Translations under genes and position numbers: made by a program
Part shown: in pieces, positions 21,172 through 31,125 of the stretch
How positions within the stretch are numbered: position 1 is the first letter of the stretch
Layout: every line of letters begins with the position of its first letter
Source of the DNA: Deinococcota bacterium
GTDB lineage: Bacteria > Deinococcota > Deinococci > Deinococcales > Thermaceae
Direction of reading: 5' to 3'
Assembly (NCBI GenBank): GCA_041695225.1
Contig: JBGFRI010000004.1
Span: 53,683 to 117,682, forward strand
DNA: 64,000 nt
Notes under the pieces: model-generated
Seen by the model: the letters and a program-made list of their open reading frames with translations, nothing else
Told to the model about the DNA's origin: nothing
Database searches by the model: none

Positions 21172-22077
21172 ATGACCGAGCGGCAACGGCGTATTCTGCA
21201 ACTGCTGGTGGATGGGTATATCCAGACCCAGACCCCGGTACCTTCTGGGGTGCTGGCCGAGCAGTTGTCGTTATCACCTGCCACGGTGCGCTACGAGTTG
21301 ATTGAGCTTGAGCGCCAGGGCCTGATCAGCAAACCCCACACCTCGGCGGGCCGCATCCCCACCCGCACCGGGTTCCGGCATTATGCGCTTTCCAAGCTAC
21401 CTCCCAATCCGCTGCCCGAGGCCATCCTGAGCAAACTGGCCCAGGTGCTCGAAGGCGCGGGCCCCCGGCGTGAGCTGCTACTGGTACAGGTAGCCTCTAA
21501 GCTCTCGGGCTATCCGGCCATACTACGCCTCAAACCCCAGCGCACACCCCGACTGTTGCAGGTGCACCTCTCCAACCTGACGCCAGGCAAGGTACTGGCG
21601 GTAGCAGTCTTGGAGGGCGGGCGGGTGCGCGAGGCCCGAATTGATCTGTCCTTTACCCCCACCGAGGCCCAGCTTGCCGAGGCCGAGCAACGCCTGTTCA
21701 AAGCTATTCAACCAGTGAAAGCCAGCACGCCGGCCATGATGGAGCTTTACGAGTCCATCGGGCGGGCCTTTGTACAGGCTAGCCCGGAGGAGTACCGCGA
21801 GGGGGTGGGCCTGCTGCTGGGCGAGCCGGAGGCGCAAAACCCCTTGTTTTTGCGCCAGGCCATTGCGGTATTTGAATCTCCTAGCGATGCCACCCTCACC
21901 CCCCCTGGGGGCGTGAACGTGCGGGTGGGCGAAGACGAAGGCCTCTCACTGGTGCAGGCGGGAATCAGGATTAACGACCAGGTGGGCGAACTCTCACTGC
22001 TGGGTCCGGTGCGCATGCGCTACGAAAAGGCCCTGTCGGTGGCATACGCCATGGGCCAGGTCTACATGGGGAAATAG
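21172..22077 (+). CDS. hrcA: Heat-inducible transcription repressor
   Basis: MTERQRRIL, SPATVR, PHTSAGRIPT, LGPVRMRY. Confidence 0.93.
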   Translation: MTERQRRILQLLVDGYIQTQTPVPSGVLAEQLSLSPATVRYELIELERQGLISKPHTSAGRIPTRTGFRHYALSKLPPNPLPEAILSKLAQVLEGAGPRRELLLVQVASKLSGYPAILRLKPQRTPRLLQVHLSNLTPGKVLAVAVLEGGRVREARIDLSFTPTEAQLAEAEQRLFKAIQPVKASTPAMMELYESIGRAFVQASPEEYREGVGLLLGEPEAQNPLFLRQAIAVFESPSDATLTPPGGVNVRVGEDEGLSLVQAGIRINDQVGELSLLGPVRMRYEKALSVAYAMGQVYMGK

Positions 22078-22090
22078 CCGCAGTATCGCG

Positions 22091-22230
22091 CAAGTCTCAG
22101 TCTTTTTGGCTTGCGACCTGCGACATTCTATGATATGGCCGATAGCCAATAGCTGATAGCCGATAGCTTTTGACCTTCGACCTTCGACCTTTGGCCCTCG
22201 ACCTGCGACCTGCGACCTGTGACATCTTTT
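22091..22230. repeat. Composite heptamer-repeat element
   Basis: caagtctcagtctttttggcttgcgacctgcga ... gatagcc/gaccttc/gacctgc units; ends shared with 63001-63173. Confidence 0.75.
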
Positions 22231-22306
22231 AGGGCTGGGGTGGTCTGGTCTGAGATCGGGTTTTTGGCCCTAGACACCTGACCTTTCACCGTGCAGAATC
22301 ATTCTT

Positions 22307-23032
22307 ATGCGCATTCAGGTGCTGCTATTTGCTCTGTTCCGCGAGCAGGCCGGGCAGGCCAGGCTCGAGCTAGACCTCCCGGCCGGCTCTACCGTGGCCG
22401 ATGCCAGAACCCTGCTGGAACAGCGATACCCCCTGCAACTCTCCGGCGGACTGGCGGCCATCAACCAGCAGCTGGCCCAGGCCAGCGACGGACTCAAAGA
22501 TGGAGATGAGCTGGCTTTTTTGCCCCCCGTTTCGGGTGGCTCTGCTGCCTCTCCCTATGCGGACGGCTCCCTGTCGCAGGAGGGTCAGGTGCAGGGTAAC
22601 GACAGCTTTGGCCTGACCTACCAGACTTTGGCAGTACAGCCCTGGATAGACTGGGCCTCAGACGACCCCTGTGGTGCGGTAGTTGCTTTTTTGGGTACCA
22701 CCCGCAGCCCGAATAAGGGGCTGGCTGTAACCCATCTGGAGTATGAGGCCTATCCGGCAATGACCGAGAAGACTATGCAGCAAATTATCGCCGAGATGCG
22801 CGATCGCTGGGTGCTGGGCCGGGTGGCCCTGTGGCATCGGTTGGGCCGGGTGCTGCCCAGCGAAGGCTCAATTCTGATTGTGGTCTCGGCACCTCATCGC
22901 CCCGAAGCCTTCGAGGCTTGCCACTACTGTATTGAACGTGTCAAGCAAACCCTGCCAGTGTGGAAGAAAGAATTCCTCTCCGATGGCTCGCACTGGGTAG
23001 AGGGTTACACACCCGAAGGGCACAAACTTTAG
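22307..23032 (+). CDS. MoaD-MoaE fusion (molybdopterin synthase)
   Basis: Ubiquitin-like N-terminus ending LPPVSGG, then MoaE motifs LEYEAY, HRLG, PVWKKE. Confidence 0.9.
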   Translation: MRIQVLLFALFREQAGQARLELDLPAGSTVADARTLLEQRYPLQLSGGLAAINQQLAQASDGLKDGDELAFLPPVSGGSAASPYADGSLSQEGQVQGNDSFGLTYQTLAVQPWIDWASDDPCGAVVAFLGTTRSPNKGLAVTHLEYEAYPAMTEKTMQQIIAEMRDRWVLGRVALWHRLGRVLPSEGSILIVVSAPHRPEAFEACHYCIERVKQTLPVWKKEFLSDGSHWVEGYTPEGHKL

Positions 23033-23306
23033 AGCGCCATCCCAACGCCACAGCTTACCGCTAACTGCCTGACGACCAATCTCCTGCCCCACCTTGCGTC
23101 TTTGCCAGCAGCCCATGCTTACCGGGGTATTGGGAGATGGCCCCGCCATCGGATGCAGTCAAGTCTATTACGGTGGGCGCGCAGCACGACTAAGGGGTAA
23201 AGATGGGGTCGCTCATAACCTAAAGTCCATCAGCCACACACCCCTCCCGTCATACAAAGGAAGAGCCTCGCATAGAGGTAGAGAGTGAAGAGGAGGAGGG
23301 ACATAG

Positions 23307-23462
23307 CGTCATTATGAGGAGGCCCCCAGGCCGACGAAGCAATGGACTGGGTGGCGGAGTGGCCGAGGCTTGTCCTGAGCCTTGCCCTGAGCCTTCGGGT
23401 CGAGGCCCCCAGGCCGAGGGCTTGTTGACGGGGTCGCAATGAAAGTCCCCTCGTCATTGCCC
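23307..23462. repeat. Repeat family A copy
   Basis: cgtcattatgaggaggcccccaggccgacgaagcaat...gtcgcaatga. Confidence 0.8.
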
Positions 23463-23592
23463 CAAGAAGGATATGAGCATGTATGTACTTCAGGACCACA
23501 CCGTTGCCCGAAACATCATGGTTAAGCGCTAAAAAACGAGTAGCCCACAGCCGTGGTTGGCGGACCCCAGACCCTGGCCCCGCTTACCCGGT

Positions 23593-24981
23593 CTATAGCT
23601 GTCCTCCGTGCCCCCAGGTGTGCAGCAGCTTTTGATGGGCCGGGTCTTGATAGCGCCGGAGGTGGAAGGCCGGGGCGTAAGCAGGCAGTGCAGAGCCTGT
23701 TACATGGGCGGCCAGTAGCTCCCCCGCCGCGCAGGCTGCCATAATGCCAAAGCCTGACATGGCCCCAATCAAGTAGGCTCCTTCTACTGGAAGGGGGCAG
23801 ATTAGCGGGCGGTTTTCCGGGGTTTTGATGTAATAACCTCCGTCTATCCAGGGCCTGGGGGTTTTGGCGAAATACCGCCTCAGACCGGGAATCATTACCG
23901 ACAACCCTCGCAGGGCGATATCGGCATAAAGAGGGTCTGGGGGGATGGGAAAGCTGGGTAGAACCGGCTCGGTATGGTAGTTGTAGAGCACAATCAAGGT
24001 AGTGCTCTCCCCGTGGCCTTCGGTCCGGCAGTGAACACCTGGAGGAAGTTGCTTTAAGAGCCAGCGGGTGGCTTGGTCCTCGGCCAGCACCTGGCGTTCT
24101 TCGGGGCTCCAGGGCAGTTCTACCTCGTCCATCCAGATCAGCATCGGGGCCTGGCGGCTCACTACCCCCAGGGTCTCGCTAAAGCTCATTTTGCGGTGCA
24201 GCTCGGCAAAGACCGGAGTCTTTACACCCAGCATTTCTCCCACTACCTTCTGCATGGGCCCGGCAGCATTGATAAAAACCGGGGTCTCGATGGTCTGGGT
24301 CGAAGCATCCTCGCCCTTGACCTGCACCGACCGGACTGCCCCACCCACAGTCTTTACGCCAACTACCTCACCCGAGACAAGCCGGACCCTAAATTCGCGG
24401 GCCTTTTCCAGCATGTACATGCCGAGCTGTTGTGCCCCCAGCCACCCCGCGCGGCGGACATGCAGCGCGGCAACGGTGTTCTGAGTGAGGTAGGGAAAGT
24501 GTTGCTGAATAAGGTGGGGACCGGTAAACAGGTCGGCCCCGTCCAGGCTGGGGTCGAAGCCCAGGGCTTTTGGGGGCTGGTAGCCTCGAGTATGGCTCGA
24601 GTGAACGCGCAATTCCCCCGCCCCTTGTCTGGCCGCGGTCTCGGCAGTCTGGGTGAGCAGGGGTAGCTTGCTCTGGTCGGCAGTGGCATACAGGTAGCCA
24701 CGCTGGTTGAGATTAATTCGGTTCGAGGACTCGAGGGCAGTCTGTTCCAGCAGCTCAATACTGCGGTTCATCAAGGCAATCATCGCGCCGTCTGGGCCTG
24801 GCCACCAGTTGCGGTAGGCCTCACTCGATTTGTCGGAGGTGAGCGATAGAGGGTGGCCCTGTTCAACTATCACCACCCCTTGGAGGCCGCGTTTGACAGC
24901 CAGATGATATGCCGCGGCAATCCCCGCGATACCCGCTCCACAGATAACCGCATTGACCCTGGTCTTCTGCATATAGTGCAA
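23593..24981 (-). CDS. FAD-dependent amine oxidoreductase (sarcosine oxidase beta/DadA-like)
   Basis: ICGAGIAG Rossmann motif, GYYIKTPENRPL, SGFGIM. Confidence 0.85.
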   Translation of the reverse strand: MHYMQKTRVNAVICGAGIAGIAAAYHLAVKRGLQGVVIVEQGHPLSLTSDKSSEAYRNWWPGPDGAMIALMNRSIELLEQTALESSNRINLNQRGYLYATADQSKLPLLTQTAETAARQGAGELRVHSSHTRGYQPPKALGFDPSLDGADLFTGPHLIQQHFPYLTQNTVAALHVRRAGWLGAQQLGMYMLEKAREFRVRLVSGEVVGVKTVGGAVRSVQVKGEDASTQTIETPVFINAAGPMQKVVGEMLGVKTPVFAELHRKMSFSETLGVVSRQAPMLIWMDEVELPWSPEERQVLAEDQATRWLLKQLPPGVHCRTEGHGESTTLIVLYNYHTEPVLPSFPIPPDPLYADIALRGLSVMIPGLRRYFAKTPRPWIDGGYYIKTPENRPLICPLPVEGAYLIGAMSGFGIMAACAAGELLAAHVTGSALPAYAPAFHLRRYQDPAHQKLLHTWGHGGQL

Positions 24982-25082
24982 ACAGGATACCCAACTACCC
25001 GGTCGAATTCCCCAGTGACCAAGATTTTGGCCCAGTAAACCTCGAGCCCTGCCAGGTGTATCCTGTATACGTCTTATGGGCC

Positions 25083-25264
25083 AGCCTCATAGACCTCACC
25101 CGGCGCGGGAAGCCGCCCACACGCACCTGCGGGGCTCGAGCCTCTCGGGCTTTTGCAGCCCGACTCAGGTATCTCAGGGCCAGTTCCGAGCGAACGACAC
25201 GGCGTTAGCTGCATCACCGACCCGAATCCCTGTAACGGCTCTCGAAGGAGGGTCTGATGAGGCT
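25083..25264 (+). ncRNA. Probable 6S RNA
   Basis: 182-nt rod: agcctcat-agacc pairs with ggtctgatgaggct, gggaagccg with cggctctc, then a central bubble and an apical hairpin; strand not certain. Confidence 0.5.
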
Positions 25265-25354
25265 ACTTTCGGGCCAGGATGCGCGGGTACCTGCTCTTTT
25301 AGCGGACGGGGTGGGTGAGGGTTACCATCGGTTGAAACGCCTGGAGGAAAACAC

Positions 25355-26278
25355 ATGGACTTGAACCAGATTTACCGTTCGTTTGTACTCACCATTGCCC
25401 AGAACCCAAAGGTGAAAAATCTGGTGCTGAGCCGTGGCCGCAATTTTGCCCGGCGCTTTGTGGCCGGCGAGACCAGAGAAGAGGCCTTGCGGGTGGTCGA
25501 GACCCTGGAGCGCGACAAAGTTCATGCCATCTTAGATCTGCTAGGCGAGATGGTTACTTCCCCGGCCCAGGCCCGCCAGTTTCAGGGCGAAATTGTTCAA
25601 CTGATCAAAGAACTCGGCGCTATGCCTTATCCCAGATACGTATCGCTAAAACTCACCCAGCTGGGCCTGGACATCTCCGAAGACCTGGCCCTTTCACTAT
25701 TAAGTGAGATTCTAACCGAGGCACAAAAGGCCGACTGCTTTGTGCGAATAGACATGGAGGACAGCCCCCGAGTAGACGCGACGCTGCGGGTGTACCAGCG
25801 CTTATACCAGGCCGGGTTCAGAAATGCTGGTCTGGTGCTGCAAAGCTACCTCAAGCGCAGTGAGCAAGACCTGGACCACCTGCTGCCACTAAAAACCCCT
25901 GTGCGTATTGTCAAAGGGGCCTACCGCGAGCCCCCCGAGGTAGCCTTTCAGCAAAAGCGCATGATAGACGCTCAGTTTGTGCTATTGTGCAAAAAAGCCC
26001 TGGAAAACGGGCTTCACACTGCCATTGGCAGCCACGACCCTGTAATTTTGCAGGAGATAAAGCGCTGGACTGCCGCCAAAGGCATTGGCCGCGACCGTTT
26101 TGAGTTCCAGCTGCTCTATGGGGTGCGCCGCGAAGAGCAGAAAAAGCTGGCCGCCGAGGGTTACACCGTGCGGGCATATGTACCTTATGGCAGCGACTGG
26201 TACCCCTACTTTTCGCGCCGAATTGCCGAGCGGCCCGAGAACCTGTTCTTTGTTGGCCGCAGCTTGATTCAAGGCTAA
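25355..26278 (+). CDS. Monofunctional proline dehydrogenase
   Basis: [46 protein letters not shown]. Confidence 0.95.
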   Translation: MDLNQIYRSFVLTIAQNPKVKNLVLSRGRNFARRFVAGETREEALRVVETLERDKVHAILDLLGEMVTSPAQARQFQGEIVQLIKELGAMPYPRYVSLKLTQLGLDISEDLALSLLSEILTEAQKADCFVRIDMEDSPRVDATLRVYQRLYQAGFRNAGLVLQSYLKRSEQDLDHLLPLKTPVRIVKGAYREPPEVAFQQKRMIDAQFVLLCKKALENGLHTAIGSHDPVILQEIKRWTAAKGIGRDRFEFQLLYGVRREEQKKLAAEGYTVRAYVPYGSDWYPYFSRRIAERPENLFFVGRSLIQG

Positions 26279-26301
26279 TGGAGCCGGAATAGGATACAGC
26301 T

Positions 26302-26862
26302 ATGGTAAAAGAAAAAACCATTTCTGATCAACCTAAACGGCATCGTTTCAACAATGCTGATTTTTTGAAGATGCTGGAGGCCGGGTTCTTCGACCAGGGG
26401 CCACGGGTGGAGTTAATCAACGGTGAGATTCTCGAGGTGGACAACGTGGGGCCCAGACATGCATTTACTGTTGCGCTACTCATGGAAAGATTGAGTGTAT
26501 TCAAAGACCAGGTTTTTGTCTGGCCGCAATGCTCGCTGCAAATCCCTGAGGTTTCTACTCCACTGCCTGATATTGTTTTGCTCAAGCTGCCAAAAGAGCA
26601 GTACAGAGACCAACTGCCAGGGCCTGAGCAGGCTTTGCTGGTTATTGAAGTTTCCGACAGCAGCCTGGCTACCGATCGTAACCTCAAGCTGCCCATTTAC
26701 GCCGAGGCGGGCATTCCAGAATACTGGATTGTTAACCTCGAGCAGCACCAGCTCGAAATCTACCGTGACCCCAAGGGGGCCGATTATCTGACCCGCACTA
26801 CCTTGCAGATGGGCCAGAAAGCCCAGGCACTGTGTCTGAGTGAGGCAATCGCGTGGGACTGA
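26302..26862 (+). CDS. Uma2 (DUF820) family endonuclease
   Basis: VELINGEI, PD, LVIEVSDSSL..DR..K...YA.AGIPEYWIV. Confidence 0.9.
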   Translation: MVKEKTISDQPKRHRFNNADFLKMLEAGFFDQGPRVELINGEILEVDNVGPRHAFTVALLMERLSVFKDQVFVWPQCSLQIPEVSTPLPDIVLLKLPKEQYRDQLPGPEQALLVIEVSDSSLATDRNLKLPIYAEAGIPEYWIVNLEQHQLEIYRDPKGADYLTRTTLQMGQKAQALCLSEAIAWD

Positions 26863-27248
26863 AGCTCGAGGCATGGCCTGACCACTACGCAGTCTGGCAG
26901 CTCGAGGCTTCCAGTCTCATTCCAGCCCGGGCGATGGGCGAGGGCTCTTTGGGTATCAGCTGTAGCTGTCAAGAACTGAGCGTGGTCCCGCATCAAAACC
27001 ATGTACCTCCAGAGATCAAAGCCGAGCGCAGCTGGCGCCGCGTTGGTTTGGTTGGCCCTTTCGAATCTGGCCTCACCGGCATGTGGGCCTTGCTGCATAA
27101 TCGTTTAGCCAAAGCCCGGGCTGACATCTTTGCGGTTTCGACCTACAATACCGATTATGTGCTGGTTAATACCCACGATCTGGCTCGAGCCGTAAAGGCC
27201 CTTGTGCTGTCTGGACATGCGGTGAACAGTGTGACTCTCGACTCTTGA
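26853..27248 (+). CDS. ACT-domain protein (CASTOR/ACT_7-like)
   Basis: ELSVV, IFAVSTYNTDYVLV. Confidence 0.75.
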   Translation: MGLKLEAWPDHYAVWQLEASSLIPARAMGEGSLGISCSCQELSVVPHQNHVPPEIKAERSWRRVGLVGPFESGLTGMWALLHNRLAKARADIFAVSTYNTDYVLVNTHDLARAVKALVLSGHAVNSVTLDS

Positions 27249-27274
27249 CCCTCGACATATCTGAAAGGAGCTAT

Positions 27275-28822
27275 ATGACCGTCGAACCCTACCGCCCCGA
27301 GAGCATTGAAACTTTTCAGAGCCCCGAAGCTTTTGAGGCCATGCGCCGCTCGCTGGCGCTGGTGCGCTCGCAGTTTGGCCGCCACTACCCTCTGATCATC
27401 GGGGGCGAAAAAGTCCATACCCCGGCGACCATTACCTCTACCAACCCCTCCAACCCCTCCGAGGTGGTGGGCGTGACGGCAAAGGCTGGTATCGCCGAGG
27501 CCGATGCTGCCCTGGAAGCGGCCTGGCGGGCTTTTGGGAGCTGGCGCGACTGGCCCCAGGAGCACCGCAGCCGCCTGCTCTTGAAGGCCGCCCAGATCAT
27601 GAAGCGCCGCCAGCGCGAGCTCGAGGCCTGGCTGGTCTACGAGATTGGCAAAAACTGGGTCGAGGCTGCGGCCGACGTGGCCGAAGCCATTGACTTTATC
27701 CGCTACTATGCCATCTCGGCGCTCAAGTACCAAGGTGGCGCCCCGGTGGTTCCCTACCCGGGCGAGGACAATTCAGCGTTTTACATCCCGCTCGGGGTGG
27801 GGGTGGTAATCGCCCCCTGGAACTTTCCGCTGGCCATCCTGGCCGGCATGACGGTAGGCCCGCTAGCGGTGGGTAACTGCGTGGTAGCCAAGCCCGCCGA
27901 AGATACCGTGGTGACTGCCGCCAAGCTTTTTGAAATTCTGGAAGAGGCTGGCCTGCCTGCGGGAGTGGCCAACTTTTTGCCGGGAAAAGGTAGCGAGATT
28001 GGAGCCTACCTGGTAGAGCACCCCCGCACCCGCTTTGTCAACTTTACCGGCTCACTCGAGGTGGGGCTGCGCATCCACGAAAGCGCGGCCAGACTCTCAC
28101 CCGGTCAGGTCTGGCTCAAGCGGGTCTTCCTCGAGCTCGGTGGCAAAGATGGCCTGATCGTGGACGAGACTGCCGATATCGCTGCCGCGGCTCAGGCCAC
28201 CGTGATGAGCGCTTTTGGCTTTCAGGGGCAAAAGTGCTCGGCAGCCTCGAGGCTAATTGTGGTGGACGGGGTATACCAGCAGCTCATGGAGCAGGTGGTG
28301 GCACGCAGCGAAGGGCTGGTGGTCGGGCCCGCCGAGGAAAACCCCGATATGGGGCCGGTGGCCAGCGCAAAGCAAGAAAATACCGTACTTTCTTACATCG
28401 AGGTGGGGCAGCAAGAGGGCAGGCTGGCCCTGGGGGGGCGCAGGCTCGAGGGTAGCGGGTACTTTATCTCACCCACCATTTTTGAAGAGGTCTCACCCGA
28501 AGCCCGCATCGCCCAGGAAGAAATTTTTGGCCCGCTTCTCGCGGTAATTCGCGTGCCCGACTTTGGGGCTGCGCTCGAGGTTGCCAACGCCACGCGCTAT
28601 GGCCTTACCGGGGGGGTTTTCTCGCGCAAGCGCGAACGCCTCGAGCAGGCCCGGCGCGAGTTCCAGGTGGGCAACCTGTACTTCAACCGCAAGATCACCG
28701 GAGCGCTGGTAGGGGTGCAGCCCTTTGGCGGCTTCAACCTTTCGGGAACCAATACCAAGGCCGGAGGGCCCGACTACCTGCTCAACTTCTTGCAGATGAA
28801 GAGTGTGACCGAACGCTTCTAA
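27275..28822 (+). CDS. pruA: L-glutamate gamma-semialdehyde (P5C) dehydrogenase
   Basis: APWNFP, ELGGK, FQGQKCSAASR, EEIFGP, GGPDYL. Confidence 0.93.
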   Translation: MTVEPYRPESIETFQSPEAFEAMRRSLALVRSQFGRHYPLIIGGEKVHTPATITSTNPSNPSEVVGVTAKAGIAEADAALEAAWRAFGSWRDWPQEHRSRLLLKAAQIMKRRQRELEAWLVYEIGKNWVEAAADVAEAIDFIRYYAISALKYQGGAPVVPYPGEDNSAFYIPLGVGVVIAPWNFPLAILAGMTVGPLAVGNCVVAKPAEDTVVTAAKLFEILEEAGLPAGVANFLPGKGSEIGAYLVEHPRTRFVNFTGSLEVGLRIHESAARLSPGQVWLKRVFLELGGKDGLIVDETADIAAAAQATVMSAFGFQGQKCSAASRLIVVDGVYQQLMEQVVARSEGLVVGPAEENPDMGPVASAKQENTVLSYIEVGQQEGRLALGGRRLEGSGYFISPTIFEEVSPEARIAQEEIFGPLLAVIRVPDFGAALEVANATRYGLTGGVFSRKRERLEQARREFQVGNLYFNRKITGALVGVQPFGGFNLSGTNTKAGGPDYLLNFLQMKSVTERF

Positions 28823-29107
28823 GCTGGGCTACTGGGTCTGCCAAACCCCGCCCCCTCAGAATGAGAAATTAAGGTGTCATAAATGACAACGGGGGTGTCA
28901 TGTTGAGGGGTGCGTAGCACTCCGAAACATCCCCGGACTGCGTAAAGCACTTTCGATCATGCCGGTAAGGCAGGGCTCAGGACAGGCCCCAAGGCCTAGC
29001 CGAAGGGGAAGCACCCATGCAGATGGGCATTTCCTCGACTGCTACGGCAGCCTCGGCATAAGCGCAGTGACGACTGTCAAGTTGGTATGAGACCTGCGAC
29101 ATGCGAC

Positions 29108-29180
29108 CTATAACGCCCAGGATCAGCGGCCGAGGTGCCAGCACCGCGAGCGCCCGGTCCGCTGAATCCTGAAGTTAGCG
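29108..29180 (-). other. Integron attC site
   Basis: Minus strand: CGCTAAC-TTCAG-GATTCAGC...GCTGATC-CTGGGC-GTTATAG (R'', 5 bp, L'' with one extra base, L', 6 bp, R'). Confidence 0.9.
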
Positions 29181-29486
29181 GTCCACACGCCGCTGCCAGA
29201 TGCGCGGATCTCTCTTCGCGTGCATGCATGCCACGATCTGGATACTGGTCCCCGTATAGGCGAAATATGCGATGTACGGGAATCGTCGGATGCGGGCCCG
29301 GCGAGCGTTCTTGTAGACCTGCTGGAAGGTTTCCGGGCTCCGGCGGATTTGCTCGAAGCAGGCATCGACCGCCCGCAGAAACTCCGCGCCCAATCCGAGC
29401 GCGCGCAGCTCGTACCACAGCGCGGCCTCCTCGATGTCGGCTTCGGCGGCTGGCCGGACGATGAAGCGTGGCGCGTCACTGGCCAC
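29175..29486 (-). CDS. RelE/ParE-family toxin
   Basis: PAAEADIEEAALWYE...RRFPY...VACMHAKRDP..W. Confidence 0.9.
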   Translation of the reverse strand: MASDAPRFIVRPAAEADIEEAALWYELRALGLGAEFLRAVDACFEQIRRSPETFQQVYKNARRARIRRFPYIAYFAYTGTSIQIVACMHAKRDPRIWQRRVDR

Positions 29487-29703
29487 GCTTCAGACGCTTG
29501 TAGAGACGGGCGCGAACTACCTCCCACGGTTCTCCAGCATCGGGATGCTGCTCAAGGTCTGCCAGGCGCCGCTCGAGCTCTGCCTTCTGAGCGTTGGTGA
29601 GAGGGATGTCGGCCGATTCAGGGACACTGTCCCAGAGATCCTCGGCCAGCTGGATGCGCTCCGCGACCGACAGCTTGCTCAAATCGAACTCTACGTTACG
29701 CAT
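29476..29703 (-). CDS. Addiction-module antitoxin (TIGR02574-like)
   Basis: LSVAERIQLAEDLWDS...ELERRL...PWEVV; -10 TAAGAT 6 nt before ATG. Confidence 0.9.
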   Translation of the reverse strand: MRNVEFDLSKLSVAERIQLAEDLWDSVPESADIPLTNAQKAELERRLADLEQHPDAGEPWEVVRARLYKRLKRGQ

Positions 29704-29779
29704 GTCAGCATCTTATCCTTCAGCGGGTTGTGCGCGCAAGCCTCATGGCCGTGCCGCTAACCACCAGGTTACCGAACCG

Positions 29780-30241
29780 TTAGAATTCTTCGTCTACCTC
29801 GTGCAACCGCTTGGCCCAAAGGCTCTGGGGGTGGTGGTGTTCCCGCACAATCTGGGCCACCTCGGGATCAAGAATACGCATGGCAGCATACTCAGGGTGG
29901 TGTAGGCGAATCTGCCAGGCGCCCCGCAGCCCTTTGTCTAGGGGCTCAATGGGTACTTCCAGGCTCAGCAGCCCGCTCAGAATGCGTTCGAGTGGCCGGT
30001 AAGGCCGCAGGGCTTTGCCGCTGTCGTGCAGCAGGGCCGCCCGTACCGCAAAGCTGGGAGCCTCCGGGTAGCGTTCTAACAGCTGTCTGGCTACTCTGAC
30101 CGCATGCTCCCTATCTCGAACATCCATGGCTTTGTAGAGATGCGCCTCCTCGATACGGAGTTCGGCTAAAGCCCAGGCATCGTCTGGCTCGGCCTGGGCT
30201 GGCTGGAAGGCCTTCAACAATCGTTTTAGACGTAGCCACAC
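29780..30241 (-). CDS. HD-domain protein
   Basis: H...AALLHDSGK...HH. Confidence 0.8.
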   Translation of the reverse strand: MWLRLKRLLKAFQPAQAEPDDAWALAELRIEEAHLYKAMDVRDREHAVRVARQLLERYPEAPSFAVRAALLHDSGKALRPYRPLERILSGLLSLEVPIEPLDKGLRGAWQIRLHHPEYAAMRILDPEVAQIVREHHHPQSLWAKRLHEVDEEF

Positions 30242-30358
30242 CTAGCTATCCTACGCATTTTGGGGAAGCTTGTGTAAAATCCGGACTACGGGAGCAGCCC
30301 AGAGCCTGCGTTTGTGTGAACCTGTGGGCCTGAGGTAGTGTATGGGCGGGAGGACAAA

Positions 30359-31009
30359 ATGAATATACGCGCCCTAATAGCAGAGTTTCTGGGAGTTTTT
30401 ACCTTGTGTTTTGTTGGGATTGGCGCCATTGCGGCTACCCAGGGCGGCGACCTGATGGTGATTGCCCTGGCCTACGGACTGGCCCTGGGGCTGGCAATAC
30501 TGGCCCTGGGCGCCATCTCGGGCGGTCACTTTAACCCTGCGGTAACCTTTGGCCTGCTGATAACCGGGCGCATCACCCCGGTGAGCGCGGTGGGCTACTG
30601 GGTGGCCCAGCTGCTGGGCGGGCTGGTAGCAGCCTTTTTCATTGGCGCTATTTATGGTGGAGACGCTGTAGCCAATGGAGTCCCAGTTCCCGGCGCCGAC
30701 CATACCGCCATCCAAGCCATGATGATGGAAATTTTCCTGACCTTCTTTCTGGTCTCGGTAATTGTTGGTTCGACCGTTTTCAACAACTATAGCTTTGCCG
30801 GGCTGGCCATTGGCCTGGCTTTTACCATGGGTATTCTGGCTGGAGGTGCTGTCTCGGGGGCGGCCATGAACCCTGCCCGCGTCCTCGGCCCGGCCATCGT
30901 CGGGGGCGAATGGACGGTACACTGGGTCTACTGGGTGGGTCCTCTGGTGGGGGCCGGGCTGGCCGCCTTGCTCTATGACTTCTTGTACAGCAAGCGGGCC
31001 AGCAGCTAA
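30359..31009 (+). CDS. MIP/aquaporin family channel
   Basis: SGGHFNPAVT and MNPAR motifs. Confidence 0.93.
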   Translation: MNIRALIAEFLGVFTLCFVGIGAIAATQGGDLMVIALAYGLALGLAILALGAISGGHFNPAVTFGLLITGRITPVSAVGYWVAQLLGGLVAAFFIGAIYGGDAVANGVPVPGADHTAIQAMMMEIFLTFFLVSVIVGSTVFNNYSFAGLAIGLAFTMGILAGGAVSGAAMNPARVLGPAIVGGEWTVHWVYWVGPLVGAGLAALLYDFLYSKRASS

Positions 31010-31125
31010 CGGCAGATTGCCAAAAAACCCAACACGCTTTGGCCGCCGATACTCTCGGCGGTCTGGCGTTAATCTGAACCAGCAAGATCAGGTGTGGAAG
31101 GTATGCTGCTAGTAACATTAATTTT

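Larger units (their letters stand above)
29114..29760 (-). mobile_element. Solitary integron gene cassette carrying a TA pair
   Basis: Starts G|TTAGCGG (29761), complementary to R'' CCGCTAAC (29181-29174); toxin stop codon lies inside R''. Confidence 0.85.

Noticed and set aside
23035..23260. MazF-like pseudogene fragment
   Set aside because: Needs several frameshifts and the similarity is not convincing
23540..25000. FAD oxidoreductase as an integron cassette (GTTGGGT upstream, CGCCAAC downstream)
   Set aside because: No L boxes or attC hairpin, and the ends are not complementary
25265..25350. T-box leader before proline dehydrogenase
   Set aside because: No GGTGGNACC(G/A)CG T-box sequence or terminator
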